Of a stretch of 64,000 nucleotides of DNA, positions 13,513 to 27,850 are shown in pieces (positions within the stretch are counted from its first letter, which is position 1; each line of letters opens with the position of its first letter). Under the pieces are notes generated by a model that was not told the DNA's origin, ran no database searches, and worked only from the letters and a program-made list of their open reading frames with translations. The stretch is from Mobula hypostoma (taxonomy: Eukaryota), in contig NC_086108.1 in the NCBI RefSeq assembly GCF_963921235.1, forward strand, positions 103,170,001-103,234,000, given 5' to 3'. The position numbers and the translations under genes were made by a program.

Positions 13513-16265
13513 GATGTGCAATCATAAAACCGTAAGACACCCATGAGTCTGCCCCACTGTTCAACCATGGCTGATTTATTATCCTCTCAACCCCATTCCC
13601 CTTTCTTCTCCCCATCACTTGTGATATCCTGACTAATTTAAAACCTGTCAACCTCTGCTTTAAATATACCCAATGACTTGGCTTCCACAGCATCTGTTGC
13701 AATGAATTCTACAAATACACCACACTTTAGTTAAAGAAATTCCTACTCTTCTCTGTTCGAAAGGGACATCCTTCTGCCTTGAGGCTGTGTTCTCTAATCA
13801 GGACATTGTGTTCTAAATGGCTGTCTCATACCCGACATCAATGATTTCACTTTAAATATAAGGGAGCGCCTTTAAGGCTGCAACCTGCATGGCACTGTTG
13901 GAAGCACAGAAAGACAGCAAGACTGAAGTTTGTTTTAATTTACAGAGTTAGACAAGTTGTCCTGCAGGGCACAGCCGGAAGGAACAGGGCAAACTGAGAG
14001 ACAGGTCAGTCCAGCAGAGGAAACATCAGGATCAGACAGACTGGGAGCAGTGTCTCGGGAAATAATCCCTCAGAATGCCTGTTAGGGAAACTGACAAGTT
14101 AGTCATTCCAAGCATTCAAGATAAAACAAAACAAATGCAGCCAAATTTTTAATTCACCACGCAAACCCAAGTGAAATATCAGGAGCCACATAGGAGATAG
14201 AAAACAAAGTAATGATTTTATTAAACAAACCATCAGCACCAATAAATCATTTGCTCTGTAATTGCAAGTTATAAGCCTGACTCTGAGGGACCTGTTCCCT
14301 GGGAAACCATTACCTCCCACTATGCATCATAAGCAGCAAAATAATCTCAACGCCATCTTTGGAAGAAAACTTATTTTGTTCTAAATTATAAATCATTCTC
14401 AAGTCATTCAGGAGCCTGTGATTACGTAAGTGAATACGCTAAGATTGTGAAAGGGTAGATTTAAAGATGCTGTTTCAACTTGTTGGGGAGACCAGATCTG
14501 CAGGATATAAATACCAGTCATTAATAAAAATCTAATGAGGGATTCAAGAGAATATACATAGTCCAGAAAATGCTGAGAATGTGAAATCGCCACTATAAAC
14601 AGTTATGGAAAATGGTATACAAGCACTTTTAATAGGGAAGCTGGATTAGAAATCTACAACACACACCAAATGCTGGAAGAACTCAGCAGGCCAGGCAGCA
14701 TTTATGGAGAGTAAAGGTCTTTACCCAAAATGTCAACTACTTATTCTTCTCCATAGATGCTGCCTGACCTGCTGAACTCCTCCAACAATTTGTGTGTGTT
14801 ACTCTGGATTTTCAGCATCTCCAGAATCTCTTGTGTTAAAAAAATTAAAGACATTTTGTAAAAAATAATGTAAAAATTAAAAATATTTACAGCAGAAAAA
14901 CCGGCCGTTTGGCCCAATGTGTCTTTGCTTGCTTTTCTGTTCTGACCTGAGGGTGAGGGGGGAAAAGTTTAAAGGGAACATTAGGGGGGGCTTCTTCACA
15001 CAGAGAGTGGTGGGAGTATGGAATGAGCTGCCAGACGAGGTGGTAAATGCGGGTTCTTTTTTAACATTTAAAAATAAATTGGACAGATACATGGATGGAA
15101 GGTGTATGGAGGGATATGGTCCGTGTGCAGGTCAGTGGGACTAGGCAGAAAATGGTTCGGCACAGCCAAGAAGGGCCAAAAGACCTGTTTCTGTGCTGTA
15201 GTTTCTATGGTTTATGGATAGTTCAGTTGATTGAGGAGAATGTAAAAAGATCCCAGCTTGTTAAAATATTAAAAGATTCAAGAGGGACAGAATCATGTGA
15301 TAAATAGGCAGCTGCGCAGGACTGGTAAGTAGGGACATCCCTTTGTTCACACAGTTGTGAACTGACAACCCAGATAGACTGAAAAGACAGGGTGTCGGGA
15401 TCTGGTTTTGCTCGTTCTCCACAATGGTCGCTCCTCTCTCCATGGCACTGAGGCTATGAAGACTGCCCCGGCTGCTGTGCTCCATGCCCACTAATACGAT
15501 GAACTGATAAGTGAGGCTTTGGGCCTACTCTGGGTGCTCCAGGGTTTGGATACGAGGACTCAATTTGGTTCAAAATGTTCTTGTTCACCTCAACTGTTTG
15601 TATGATTCCTTTTCTTTTGGATCATGCGCTAATCTTTTGATTTTTTTTCTTTAATTGGGTTCTTTCGGGTTTCTCGAATTGTGGCTACCTGTGAGCAAGC
15701 AAATCTTAAGGATGTATAATTTATACATTCTTTGATAATAAATGTACTTTGAATCTTTGAACTGTGCTTTTCATCCCGTGGATTTTGGTTGAGAATTGAG
15801 GGAAATACTGATTGAATGGAAAAGTGTAGCTGGGGTTGAGTACCAAACAATTAGTTAATGAATGCCAGAGGGGCCATGAGGTTTTATTCTGTTCCTGGTT
15901 CACCTCTTTTTCCTGTAATGTGTTCCCTACTTAACATTCCTCGTTTAATTAACATCAGTCATCCACCTTACTGAATTTTTTAGCGCAAAACATGGGACAT
16001 TACAGCACAGTACAGGCCCTTCAGTACACAATGTTGTACCAATCTTTTAACTGACTTTAAAAAGATCAATCTAACCCTTCCCTCATACATAGTCCTCATT
16101 TTTTTCCATCATCCATGTGCCCAAGAGTTCCTTAAATATCCCTAGTGCATCTGCCTCTACCACCAGCCCTGGCAGTGCACTCCATGCACCTACCACTCTC
16201 ATTCTGGGAATGAGAGGAGGAATTAAAACGGGTGGCCACTGGGAGATCCCACTTCTTCTGGTGGA

Positions 16266-16828
16266 CAGCCCACATTCCGTCCGCCAGAAGCAGTGGGACC
16301 TCACAGTGCCACCCATTTTAATTCCACTTCCCATTCCGATCTGTCAATCTGTGGCCTCCTCTACTGTCTCAATGTGGCCACAGTCAGGTTGCAGGAACAA
16401 CACCTTATATTCCATCTGGATAGCCTCCAACCTGATGGGATGAACATTGATCTCTCAAACTTCGGGCAATGCCCTTCCCTTCACCATTCTCCATCCCCTT
16501 TTCCATCCCTCACCTTGCTTGCTTGCCTCCCTCTGGTGCTCTTCACCTCTTTTCTTTCTTCCATGGTCTTCTGCCTTCTATTAGATATTCCTTTCTCCAG
16601 CCCTTTATCTTTTTCACCAATCAACTTCCCAGCTCTTTACTTCATTCCTCCGCCTCCCATCTTCAGCTGTCACCTTGTGTTTCTCTCTCCCTTCCCTCAC
16701 CTCTTAAATCTACTCATCTTTTGTTCTCCATTCTTGCTGAAGGGTCTCAGCCCAAAACTTCACTGTACTCTTTTCCATAGATGCTGCCTGGCGTACTGAG
16801 ATCCCCCAGCATTTTGTGTGCATTGCTC
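16266..16828 (+). mobile_element. Penelope-like element 3' fragment (endonuclease C-terminus, UTR, terminal repeat)
   Basis: ATHFNSTSHSDLSICGL…RLQEQHLIFHLDSLQPDGMNIDLSNF is a typical PLE GIY-YIG C-terminal region. It is followed by a pyrimidine-rich UTR and the ATAGATGCTGCCTGG terminal unit. Confidence 0.8.
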
Positions 16829-17170
16829 CCTCATATTAGGCATTTCTGCTATGCGAAGAAGTCTCTGGCTGTCCATTCAATCTATGCCTCTTGTCATCTT
16901 GTGCACTTCTATCAAGTCACCTCCCACCCTCCTTCACCCCAGAGAGAAAAGCCGTAATTCACTAAATCTATCCTCATAACACAAGCTCTCTAATCCAGGC
17001 AGTTGACTGTGTCTCCTCTGTTGCCAGCTCCGAAAGCTGAAGCAACTTTTGTCCAACATCCTACATCCTCACCTATACACCACACCTGATTCCTAACATA
17101 CATAAATGTTTATGGCAAATAAAAGTTTATCCTCGATGCTGAAATTTGCAGTGATAATAAAGCACCAGAG

Positions 17171-17250
17171 CAGGGGTTCCTAACCTGGGGTCATTGGACC
17201 CCTTGCTTAATGGAATTGGTCCACGGCATAAATAAGGTTGGGAAGCCCTC
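17171..17250. mobile_element. Short hAT-like MITE (related copy at ~22555-22621)
   Basis: CAGGGGTTCCTAACC…GGTTGGGAAGCCCT terminal inverted repeats, ~80 bp; interior shared with the 22555 copy. Confidence 0.6.
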
Positions 17251-17262
17251 CACTACAGGATC

Positions 17263-18000
17263 TCAAGTCAAGTCAAGTCAAGTCAAGTCACTTTTTATTG
17301 TCATTTCGACCATAACTGCTGGTACAGTACACAGTAAAAATGACACGTTTTTCAGGACCATGGTGCTACATGAAACAATACAAAAACCACACTGAACTAC
17401 ATAAAACAACACAAAAACTACACTAGACTACAGACCTACCCAGGACTGCATAAAGTGCACAAAACAGTGCAGGCACTACAATAAATAATAAACAAGACAG
17501 TAGGCACAGTAGAGGGTATAGTAGGTTGGTGTCAGTCCAGGCTCTGGGTATTGAGGAGTCTGATGACTTGGGGGAAGAAACTGTTACATAGTCTGGTTGT
17601 GACAGCCCAAATGCTTCGGTGCCTTTTGCCAGAAAGCATAAGGGAGAAGAGTTTGTATGAGGGGTGCGTGGGGTCCTTCATAATGCTGTTTGCTTTGTGG
17701 ATGCAGCGTGTGGTGTAAATGTCTGTAACGGCGGGAAGAGAGACCCCGATGATCTTCTCAGCTGACCTCACTATCCGCTACAGGATCTTGCGATCCGAGA
17801 TGGTGCAATTTCCAAACCAGGCAGTGATGCAGCTGCTCAGGATGCTCTCAGTACAACCTCTGTAGAATGTGGTGAGGATAGGGGGTGGGAAATGGACTTT
17901 TCTCAGCCTTCACAGAAAGGAGAGATGCTGCTGGGCTTTCTTTGCTATGGAGCTGGTGTTGAGGGACCAGGTGAGATTCTCCACCAGGTGAACACCAAGA
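17263..18000 (-). mobile_element. Rex1/Babar-like LINE 3' fragment with (TGACT)n tail
   Basis: ORF with RSAEKIIGVSLP…KDPTHPSYKLF…NSFFPQVIRLLN; (AGTCA)n run at ~17263-17290 on the + strand. Confidence 0.8.
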
Positions 18001-21000
18001 ATTGCTGCTCAGCAGGGCAGGCCGCAATCATAGGGTCAAAATTTATGGTCGAGACCCATCACCTGGACTGCAGAAGCTCTCTGTATACTGCACTTCCCAC
18101 AGCTGTATTCCTAGGTTTTACAGAATACAAGAAGAACTCTGATAAAGGCTCTCAGATCTGAAACACTAACTGCTTCTCAGTCCCCATATGCTGCCCAATC
18201 TGCTGAGCTTTTCGTGCATTTCATGTATTATTTCAGATTTCCAGCATCTGTTCTTTTTCTAGAAATGTCTCAGTAGCCCACTCTCAATATTAGTGACCAT
18301 AGCACCTTAAGTCAGAGCCACTGAAAAAAATTGTTTGATAAAAATAATTTGAGCTATTGTTTTGATCCGTCCAGAGGAAACGAGAGTGTGAAGTATGGAT
18401 TTCACATTGTAAAAAATGAATCTAACAGCAGATACCAAAAACATTTTTTTCCTCAAATGTTAATCGATGCTTCAAATAATCTTCCAAACAGGAAAATGCA
18501 GGCAGAAGTTTGAGGGTCATCCGTGCTATCGTGAATTTGTCCTCCCATCCCCATCTCAGACTGTTGGATCTGGAGATGTTGTGATCCAGTGGTTTTTCAG
18601 AAGTCAAGAATGAGGCATAAAACATGATGGTTATGACCATTTATTAAGCGTTACAAGAACAAAGAATGAATAAAGAAATGAACAAGTAGTCAAGGTTCTC
18701 TTACACTAAAATCGAGGACAGATTACTAGAGAGATAACAAGGCAGTACAGTGATAAGGAATGGCCTAAGAAATAATCAGGTTTAATGGCATGACACGGGC
18801 TGCATGGAAACTTCTATAAAAATACTGAAAATTCCATAAGACCATAAGACAAAGGAGCAGAAGTCGGCCATTCGGCCCATCGAGTCTGCTCCGCCGTTTT
18901 ATCATGAGCTGATCCATTCTCCTATTTAGTCCCACTCCCCCTTCTCACCATAACCTTTGATGCAAAGGTGCAAATTTGATGCAAATTCACTGAACAATTA
19001 CACACATACGGGTGATTATAAAAAAATAAGCATATAAAAGTCAAACTATAAGAAAAATAACAATTCAACAGTCTAATTTAACACAGACGAGGGTTCTTCA
19101 TTACCAACTTCCTTCAACCCGCCACTGACAGCTGTGCCTTCAGTTGCTAAGAATTCCTTCCCTTAGCTTCTCTCTATGGTGCATCAGTACCTCTTTTAGC
19201 TATTTGTCTCAATATTGCTTTCTTTGGTTTGAATTCATCCCTGTAGGGTCCATCATGCATTTACTTATGTTTACAGGACCAAAAGCATGGCAACATACAG
19301 TACTGTGCAAAATTCTTAGGCACAGATATATAGCTGGGGTTCCCAAGTCTTTTGCACAATACTGTAGTAATCTCATGTATTACATTGTACTGCTGCTGCA
19401 AAAAAAATCATCACCCACGCCACCTCCTCCCCAGTAGGCCTCTCTGCCACCTGTCCCACACCTCTCCCGTCGTCCCCCAGCCTCGCCATTCCCAATATCC
19501 CACCAGATTTACAAAGTATTAAATACTTTTGTACAGTACTCTATGTATGTAAACACAAGAGAGTCTGTAGATGCTGGAAATCCAGAGTAACACACACAAA
19601 ATGCAGGAGAAACTCAGCAGATCAGGTAGTATAAATGGAATAGAATAAAGAGTCGATGTTTCTAGCCAAGACCTTTTATAAGGGCAATGTACATATGCAC
19701 ATTAACAAAGGTCTGAGACTGCAGCTCCATTTAGTAAGATGACTGATCAATTGTGACCTGAACTCTGCATCTCTATTTATCCAGTCAGATATTCTCATAC
19801 AACAAATTAAGTTTTTTTTTCCCTAAGATCCTGTTTACACTGCCTTTTGAAGAAGCACCATTCCAAAGACATGAAACCCTGTGAAAAAAAACTGCCTCAT
19901 CTGTGTGAAATGAGCAATCCTATATTGATAAGCAGTCATCCCTAGTACTAGGTAGAACATACTAACTCCTTACAGACAGCAGTGGGAATTGAACCCTGAT
20001 CTTACAGCTCATGCTGTAAAGCGTTACACTAACTGCTACGCACTTGTGCCAGCTACATTTACACTAACATTAGCTGGCCAAATAATTGTTTCACACCATT
20101 AACTTATCACCTCTTAATATCAAGAGAGACTGCAGATGCTGGCTGCCTGTAAAGAGTTTGTATGTTCTCCCCATCGCCATGTGGGTTTTCACCGGGTGCT
20201 TACTTCTTCCAATAATCCAAAAAGATGAACTGGTTGGTAGGTTAATTGGTTATTGTAAATTGTCCCATGATTAGGCTGGGATTAAACCGGGGGATTGCTG
20301 TGTGGTGCGGCCCGAAGGCCTGTTCCATGCAGTACCTTAATAAGTACATAAATAAATCTGGAACAATACATACAAAACACTGGAGGAACTCAATCAGGCA
20401 GTTCATCTGCAGGATTATTTCCCTCAACAGACGCTGCCTGACCTGCTGAATTCCTCCAACGTTTTGTGTACTGTCTCTCATTTTGTTTTGGCACCAAAGC
20501 CATGTTTTGCACATCATCTTTTTTCTACAGTCTTGCATAATTTATATAGAGCTTGTGTTCAGTGTGTTGTCTGAATTTATGTGACAGTGATGCTTCTGCA
20601 AATTTTTTTATTGTACCTGTATCCCACTGTACTTTTGCACAAGGACAATAAACTCCACTTAACTTGGAGATATTAAGAATCTGAAGAGAGGAGTGACAGA
20701 GCCATCTAGTGGACAACAGATGTATGTGCATGAATGGATGCACTCCAGCCTTCGGGATTCAACCTGGCATTTGCCCATCAGTAGTCACTGTACTTTGTAC
20801 ATGTTATTTAAATCATTAGAAGTTCTGTGGCTGTGGCCTCACTTTCAGAGACTCTGTGGTTAACTTTCTGTGTGTTATTTGTTTACTTGACCCCAATTTG
20901 TTCTTTTCCCTCCTCACATTGGATGCTTGACAGTCTCGTTCTGTGGGCTTTTTTTTAAATGGGTTCTATTGTGTTTTGCCATTTTGTGTCTGCCTGCAAT

Positions 21001-22893
21001 AAGGTGAGTCTCAGGGTTGAATACAGTATACATACTTTGATAATAAATGTACTTTGAACTTTGGATAATGTAATTAAATATCAATTAATGCCTACGACAA
21101 GCTCCAAATTCAATCATGCTTTTGGGGGTCCACAAAGACCGATTTTATAAGACTATAAGACACAGGAGCATAATTAGGCCATTTGGCCCCTTCACCATTC
21201 GATTCATGGTTGATTTATTTTCCCTCTCAACCACATTCTCCTGCCTTCTCCCCATAACCTTTGACAGTCTTACTAATAGGTACCTAATTAAAATAGGTAC
21301 TCAGCTCTGCTTTAAATAAACCCAGTGACTTGGTCTCCACAGCTGCCTGTAGTAATGAATTCCACAGATTTACTCTGTCTAAAGAAATTCCTCCTCATCT
21401 CCGTTCTAAATAGACATCCTTCTACGCCAAGGCTGTGCCCTGTGGTCCTAGACTCCCCCACTATAGAAAACATCCTCTCCACATCCACTCTATCCAGGCC
21501 TTCCAAAATTCAGTAGGTCTCTCTCAGATTCCCCCACCCCATATAACTCTGAACATATTTTGTATCTTGTAGATTTCTGTCTGTGATCGTGGAAAATTAT
21601 TTTGGGCACTTCATCCAAGAACAGAAATCACATAGCACACCAGGAGGCCATTCCATCTTTCACTTCTGTACTAACTCCTTGAAAGATTTTTCCTATTAGT
21701 CACACGTCACTGCTATAATTAAATATGCAATTACCTCTTAAGAGTATTATTCAAGCTGCTTCTACCATTCTTTTTGATCTTCAGGTCAGAGAATAACTCA
21801 CTGTATAAAAATTATCCTTCTCCCTTCCCGTTGGTTCATTGTGAACTAAATTGGTCCCCTCTGATATAAAACCTTACTGCTAAGTGGAAAGCAATCTCTC
21901 CTCCATGGCTCTCACAAAATGCCTTGCAATTCTGAATTCTTAAATCTGCAATTTAACTGATAAGAAACTCGACGCTGGATTTTAATTTTTAATTTCTTTA
22001 ACCAGTTTCGATGTTCACTCAACTGTTGTTTTGTTGATCCATTTGACATCCTTGATTGTTTTTGAAATGAGATTCAGAATAAAATTTGCATTCTTGAAGG
22101 GTACATACTTCTCTCGACATTAGAATCCGCATGCTGTAGATATAGGAGAGTAATCAAGCTTATTAGCACAGAGTGATAACAGGACGGCACAGCAGCTGTC
22201 ATTAAGGGAATTGCTTTACAATTCAATTCCCACTGCTGTCTGGAAGAAGTTTGGATCTTCCCCTAATGACAGTGTGGAGTTCCTCCAGGTGATCCAGTTT
22301 CCTCCCACCTTCCAAAGATGCATGGTTAGGGCTAGGATTAGAGTTAGTGAGTTGTGTTCATGCTATGTTGGGACTGGAAGCACGGTGGCATTTGTTGGCT
22401 GCCCCCAGCACACCACTGGACTGCGTTGGTCGTTGATGAAAATTATGCATCTTTCCATGTTTCCAGGCACATGACAAATAATACTAACCTTTATTTTCAA
22501 ACTTCAGGAAAAAAATTGATTCCAATTGCAGAGCACTATCATGATACTTAGAATAGGGGTTCCCACAGACCCCTTGCTAAATGGCATTGGTCCACGGCAT
22601 TAAAAAAGTTGGGAAACCCTGCTTTAGAAGTATGGTCACCATTATGGTCTAATACCAGAGGGCGTGCACTATGATGGGAGGGGAAATATTCAAAGGAGAT
22701 ACATAGGGCTCAATCTATCAATGCACAATAGCAACAGTTTGTACCGTCTACGGGATGCGCGGCAGCAATTCACCAAGACTCCTTTGAAGCAGCTTGCAAA
22801 CCCACCATCTCTAGCATCTAGAGCAAAAACAGCAGCAAAAGCAGGGGAAGCACCACCCCCTGGAAGGTGCTCTCCAAAGCACACACCATCCTG

Positions 22894-23434
22894 ACTCTGT
22901 GGCCACTTTATTAGGTACATCTGTACACCTGCTCGTTAATGCTAATATATAATCAGCCAATCATGTGGCAGAAACTCAATGCATAAAAGCATGCTAACAT
23001 GGACAAGAGGTTCAGTTGTTCAGACCAAACATCAGCGTGGGGTAGAAAGGTGATCTAAGGGACTTTGACCGTGGAATGGAATGGACTTTGACCGTTGGTG
23101 CCAGATGAGGTGGTTTGAGTTTCTCAGAACTGCTGAACTCCTGGGGTTCTCACAGTCTCTACAGTTTACAGCGAACGGTGAGAAACACACAAAAAAGCAG
23201 TGAGTGGCAGTTCTGAGGTCAAACACGCCTTGTTTTTGAGAGAGGTCAGAGGAGAATGGCCAGATTGGTTCAAATTGGCAGGAAGGTGACAGTAACTCAA
23301 ATAACCATGTGATACAACAGCAGTGCGCAAAGAAGCATCTCTGACCGCACAACATGCCCAACCTTGAAGTGAAAGGGCAAGAGGAAAAGAAGACCATGAA
23401 CATACAGGAGGTTCCTAATAAAGTTTCCACTGCG
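22894..23434 (+). mobile_element. Non-autonomous Tc1-like element (N-terminal DNA-binding remnant)
   Basis: TIR-like GTGGCCACTTTATTAGG / CCTAATAAAGTTTCCAC. Interior is the reverse-complement homolog of 25215-25738. Confidence 0.75.
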
Positions 23435-24063
23435 TATATACCTGCTCCTTCACCATTGCTGGGTCAAAATCCTGGAACTGCCTCCCCAACACCACTGTTG
23501 GTGCGCCCACACTTCAAGGACTGCAGCGGTTCAAGGAGGAGGATCACCACCTTCTCCCACCCAATCAGAGATGAGTAATTAAATGCTGGCTCAGCCTGCA
23601 AAGCCTACATCCCTTGAATGAATAATTTTAAAAATTAACATTATCTTCCTCCAAGTTGAGATAACAGAATTAATGATAAGCGAGTTGAAGTAAGCACAAA
23701 ATACATACATTTGGGATTGCTAACATTCATTCCACAGTGTCAATACTAACAAGGGAGGAAAGCTGCAAGACAATAATTCTCATTAGAAGAACTACTAGAC
23801 TCTGCAAGGGTATTCAATAGGTTGAAAACAGTAATAACCAATACACCGAAAAACAGAATCAGCATTCCGAGCTGTCTTTTTTCAAATCCCAAGCGACACA
23901 CTGAATCAGTTAACATGTACAAACTTCGAAGACATTAATGCAAAAGAGAATTCACAGTAAAAAATATTATTGGGTTTTTTATACAGTAAGATGTCAATAA
24001 TTGGAAGGGCAGGTAGTGTAGCAGTTACTGCAATGCTTTACAGCACCAGCAATTACCAATTGC

Positions 24064-24302
24064 GCAAATGGAAATGGAGGTGGACTGGCCACACCTTGAG
24101 GAAGCCAATCAACATCATCACCAGGCAGGCATTAAAATGGAATCCCTCAAGGAAAAAGGGAAAAGGGATGTCCAAGCAACATATGAAGGAGAGACGTCAA
24201 GGCCAAAATTAGACAATGGGGACATTTCTGGTCCACCTTCGAGAAACGAGGTCAGAACAGAGGGTGATGGAGACGGGAGGTCATCTAAGGGCCCAAGAAG
24301 AA
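24064..24302 (+). mobile_element. RTE-clade LINE 3' fragment
   Basis: KWRWTGHTLRKPINIITRQALKWNP is a typical RTE ORF C-terminus; ends in GAAGAA. Confidence 0.7.
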
Positions 24303-25214
24303 TCAGTAATCAGGGTTCAATTCCTGTCATTGCCTGTAAGAAGTCTGTATGTGACTGCATGGGTTTCTTCCGGGTGCTCCAGTATCCTCTCACATTCTAA
24401 AGATGCACAGGTTTGTAAGTTTTGATGTGCCTGTGGCAAATAAATCTTCAAAAGGAGCAAAAAGATTAACAAGGTGTCACCAGCTCCAACAGCTTGAGCT
24501 GTAAGGAGAGGCTGTGGCTTTCTTCCCCTGGAGCGTAGGAAGCTGAAGGGTGACTTTATAGAGGGTGGTGAATCTGTGTAGTACATTGGCACATGCAGTT
24601 GTGGAGGCCAAGTCGCTGGGTACATTTAAAGTGGAGGTTGCTAGGCTCTTGATCAGTAAGGTGACAGGAGAAGGCACCAGTTGGCCATCGAGTCTGCTCC
24701 GCCATTTCAGCATGACTGATCCATTTTCCCTCTTCAGCCCAAATCCCCTGCCTTCTCCCTGAATGGTCTAATGTATACAAGTGAAAGAGCAGGAGAGCAG
24801 TTAGGTGGAAGGGCTTGAGTTGTCCAACCCAGAGCTATTATTTTCAAATGGCCTAATTCTGCTCCTGTGTCTTACAGTCTTATAAGAGGCTGCAAAATTC
24901 TCAGATATATATGAGAAAGAGAATGCTTGTTTGTAAATATTTACAAAGGCGTCACACTAGAGGGAGCTGTTCATGCTGCTCTCCACAAACTACATCCAAA
25001 GATCATCTTCTAAAATTAAACGTATTTGTAAAACAATATTTCTTTCTTCTCTCTCCATTTTGTGGATTGCCTGGTTGGATTTTTCATGGGACATAATTTT
25101 TTTTTAATTTTCTGTTGTCAGTCCACATCCACTGAACTGAACTTCACATTTTGAATTCCAGCATTTGCATTTTCCTGTATCTTTGAATTTCACACTTACT
25201 GTTATCTCCTGTGC

Positions 25215-25738
25215 TGAATAAAACAGCCACTGAGTGTAAGAGTGTATTTTCTTGGGGATGTAGCCCATCCACTTCAAGGTTCAACACGCTATGTGTTCAG
25301 AGATGATTTTCTGCACACCATTGTTGTAACATGTGGATACTTAAGTTATTGTTGCCTTCCTGTCAGCTTGAATCAATCTGACCATTCTCCTCTGACCTCT
25401 CTCATTAACAAGGCATTTCTGCCCACTGACCTGCTGCTCACTGAATGCTTTTTGTTTTTTACACCATCCTCTGTAAACTCTAGAGACTGTCATGCATGAA
25501 AATCTCAGGAGATCAGCGGTTTCTGAGATACTGAAACCACCCCATCTGACACCAACAATCATTCCACGGTCAAAGTCACTTAGATCACATTTCTTCTTCA
25601 GTCCGATGTTTGCCTGAACAACTGAAGTTCTCAACCATGTCTGCATGCTTTTATGCAATGAGTTGCTACCACATGATTGGCTAATTAATTATTTCCATCA
25701 ATGAGCAGATGTACCTAATGAAGTGGCAACGGAGTGTA
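25215..25738 (-). mobile_element. Non-autonomous Tc1-like element (N-terminal HTH remnant)
   Basis: ORF 25341-25658 reads KKCDLSDFDRGMIVG…SISETADLLRFSCMTVSRVYR, a Tc1 paired-like HTH. TIR-like end GTACCTAATGAAGTGGC…GTGTA. Confidence 0.78.
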
Positions 25739-27850
25739 TATTGTGGCCACAACGGATCCAAAGGTGAAAACTTTGAAGTGATTGACATGCCGACTGACCA
25801 AAATCTTTCTAATAGCTACAAGGCACAAAAAAGGATAATACTGAATGCTTGCCTGGATAAAAGAGGCTACAATACTATGATTTTAATACAATCCAGAATA
25901 AATGCCTGCTCGAGTAGCACCCTGTGCACATCCGCATTGAGTTCCACTGACCCACTGGGTCCATGAATTGATGAGACTGGAGTTCGAGGCCCAGTGTTCA
26001 AGATCTCATCGTTGGCAAGTCTGGAGATTGAACCCTGCTGATTGGTGATTAGCGTGTCCTAGGCCAAATCAGAAGTTCCGGTCCGCTGGATAGGGCAGAG
26101 TCTGTGGTTCTCAGCAAGTCCGCTGGGGAAGTCAAAGCTCAATGCCTTCAAGCCCAAACCCACTAGAAGCTGGAGGCTTGCCCTGGGGTTAAAGGACTGT
26201 GTATGTGTGTGGGTGGGAGGGAGCAACAGGGCTTGATTTTCTGCTGTTGATTTATTGCTTTTTGCATTGTGGGCATGCTACTTTGGCACCAGAATGTGTG
26301 ATAACACTTGTGGTCTGCCACAGAATTCATTGCCACAGCTACGGATGTCAAGTTATTGGGTATATTTAAAGCAGAGGTTCAAGGTTCAAGGATGTCAAAG
26401 GTTATGGGGAGAAGGCAGGAGAATGGAGTTGAATGGCTTAATCTATAAAAACAGAACTCTGTCATTACCCAAGGTCAGTCGGTAGTCCAATATCTGCTGC
26501 AATTTGCTCGTGTGAATTAAGCTCCATAGCATCTGTAGTACACAGTAAGTCATCACAAGAAGTGGTCATCTATGCATATTGCCCTTTGCTAGGTATGGTC
26601 CAACGTCCTGTATTTGCAATAAGTAGGACAAAGAAATCATGAAAGCTGCAGGTTTGGATTTTAATTAAATCAAAACAACTGTAGTTAAACATAATCCCTC
26701 AAATTAAGATGTGTTCAATTCAGAGGTCTGATTGATTTACAAAGCCTCAACAGGACACATTATCCTATTAATTAAAATCAATTAGTCAGTTAATGGTGAT
26801 ATAGATGTGAGGCATGGCAATGTCTGGATGACAGCAAGACAAAGGAATTGATTGTGGACTTCAGGAAAGGGAAATTAGGAGAACACACCCCAGTGTATGT
26901 GCCCACGTTGAGGGGGTCAGTGGTGAAAAGGATGAGCAGCTTCAAGTTCCTAGACATCAACGTGAAGAAGACTTGCCAGCAGTTCAACTTCATTAGGAAT
27001 TTAAGATTGTATGTTACCAAAGACTCTGGCAAATTTATACAGATGTACAGTGAAGAGCACGCTGACCGATTGCATCACAGCCTGGTAGGAGGTTATAAAG
27101 CACAGGGTCAAAAGAGGACGCAGAGGGTTGTAGACTTAGCCAGGTCCATCAAAGGTACAACTATTGAGGACATGTTCAAGAGGTAATGCCTCAAAAAGAC
27201 AGCCATCCATCATTAAGTACCCTCAGCATTTGGGGCACTTCCTCTTCTTATTACTGCCATCTGGGAGGAGGTACAGGAGCCCGAAAACACACACTCAATG
27301 ATTCAGGAACAACTTTTTCCCCTCTGCCATCAGATTTTTTAATAGTCCATCTCATTATTCCTTTTTTTTTTGCACAATGTATTTATTTTTCCAACTTAGA
27401 TTCTTAAGTCTTTGCACTGTACTGCCGCTGTAAAACAAATTTCACTTCATATAGTACGTCAGCGATAACAAATCTGATTCTGTAATGTCTATTCTCCATA
27501 AAAGAAAGATCACAAGAGCTTTGCTCCCCCATTTATATTAACGCTTATGGGAATGAATTTTTTGAGTTCTAACTTGAGACAAGATTTGAAATTCAAGTTT
27601 ATTTATCACATGTACATGGAAATACAGTGAAATACAACATTTGCCATACGTGTGCTGGGGTAAACCACAAAGCATCACCACACATTTCTGCACCATCATA
27701 GCATGTGCACAATGCTCGGTAGAACAACAAACAGAAGACAGCAAGCCACAAAAACAACAACAGCAAAACAAGCCCCACTTCTTCTTTCCAACCATGCACA
27801 TACACAGACAACAGGAATTCTACAGATGCTGGAAATTCAAGCAACATACA

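Noticed and set aside
17263..17290. Short tandem arrays such as (AGTCA)n, (AATAAG)3 and (TGAAC)n as CRISPR-like repeats
   Set aside because: No spacers and a eukaryotic context; they are LINE 3' tails or LTR-internal microsatellites.
22109..22133. Possible 25 nt PIGK micro-exon (TCTACAG|…|GTATGT on the minus strand)
   Set aside because: The length is not a multiple of 3, there is no similarity to the PIGK C-terminus, and such motif pairs occur by chance.
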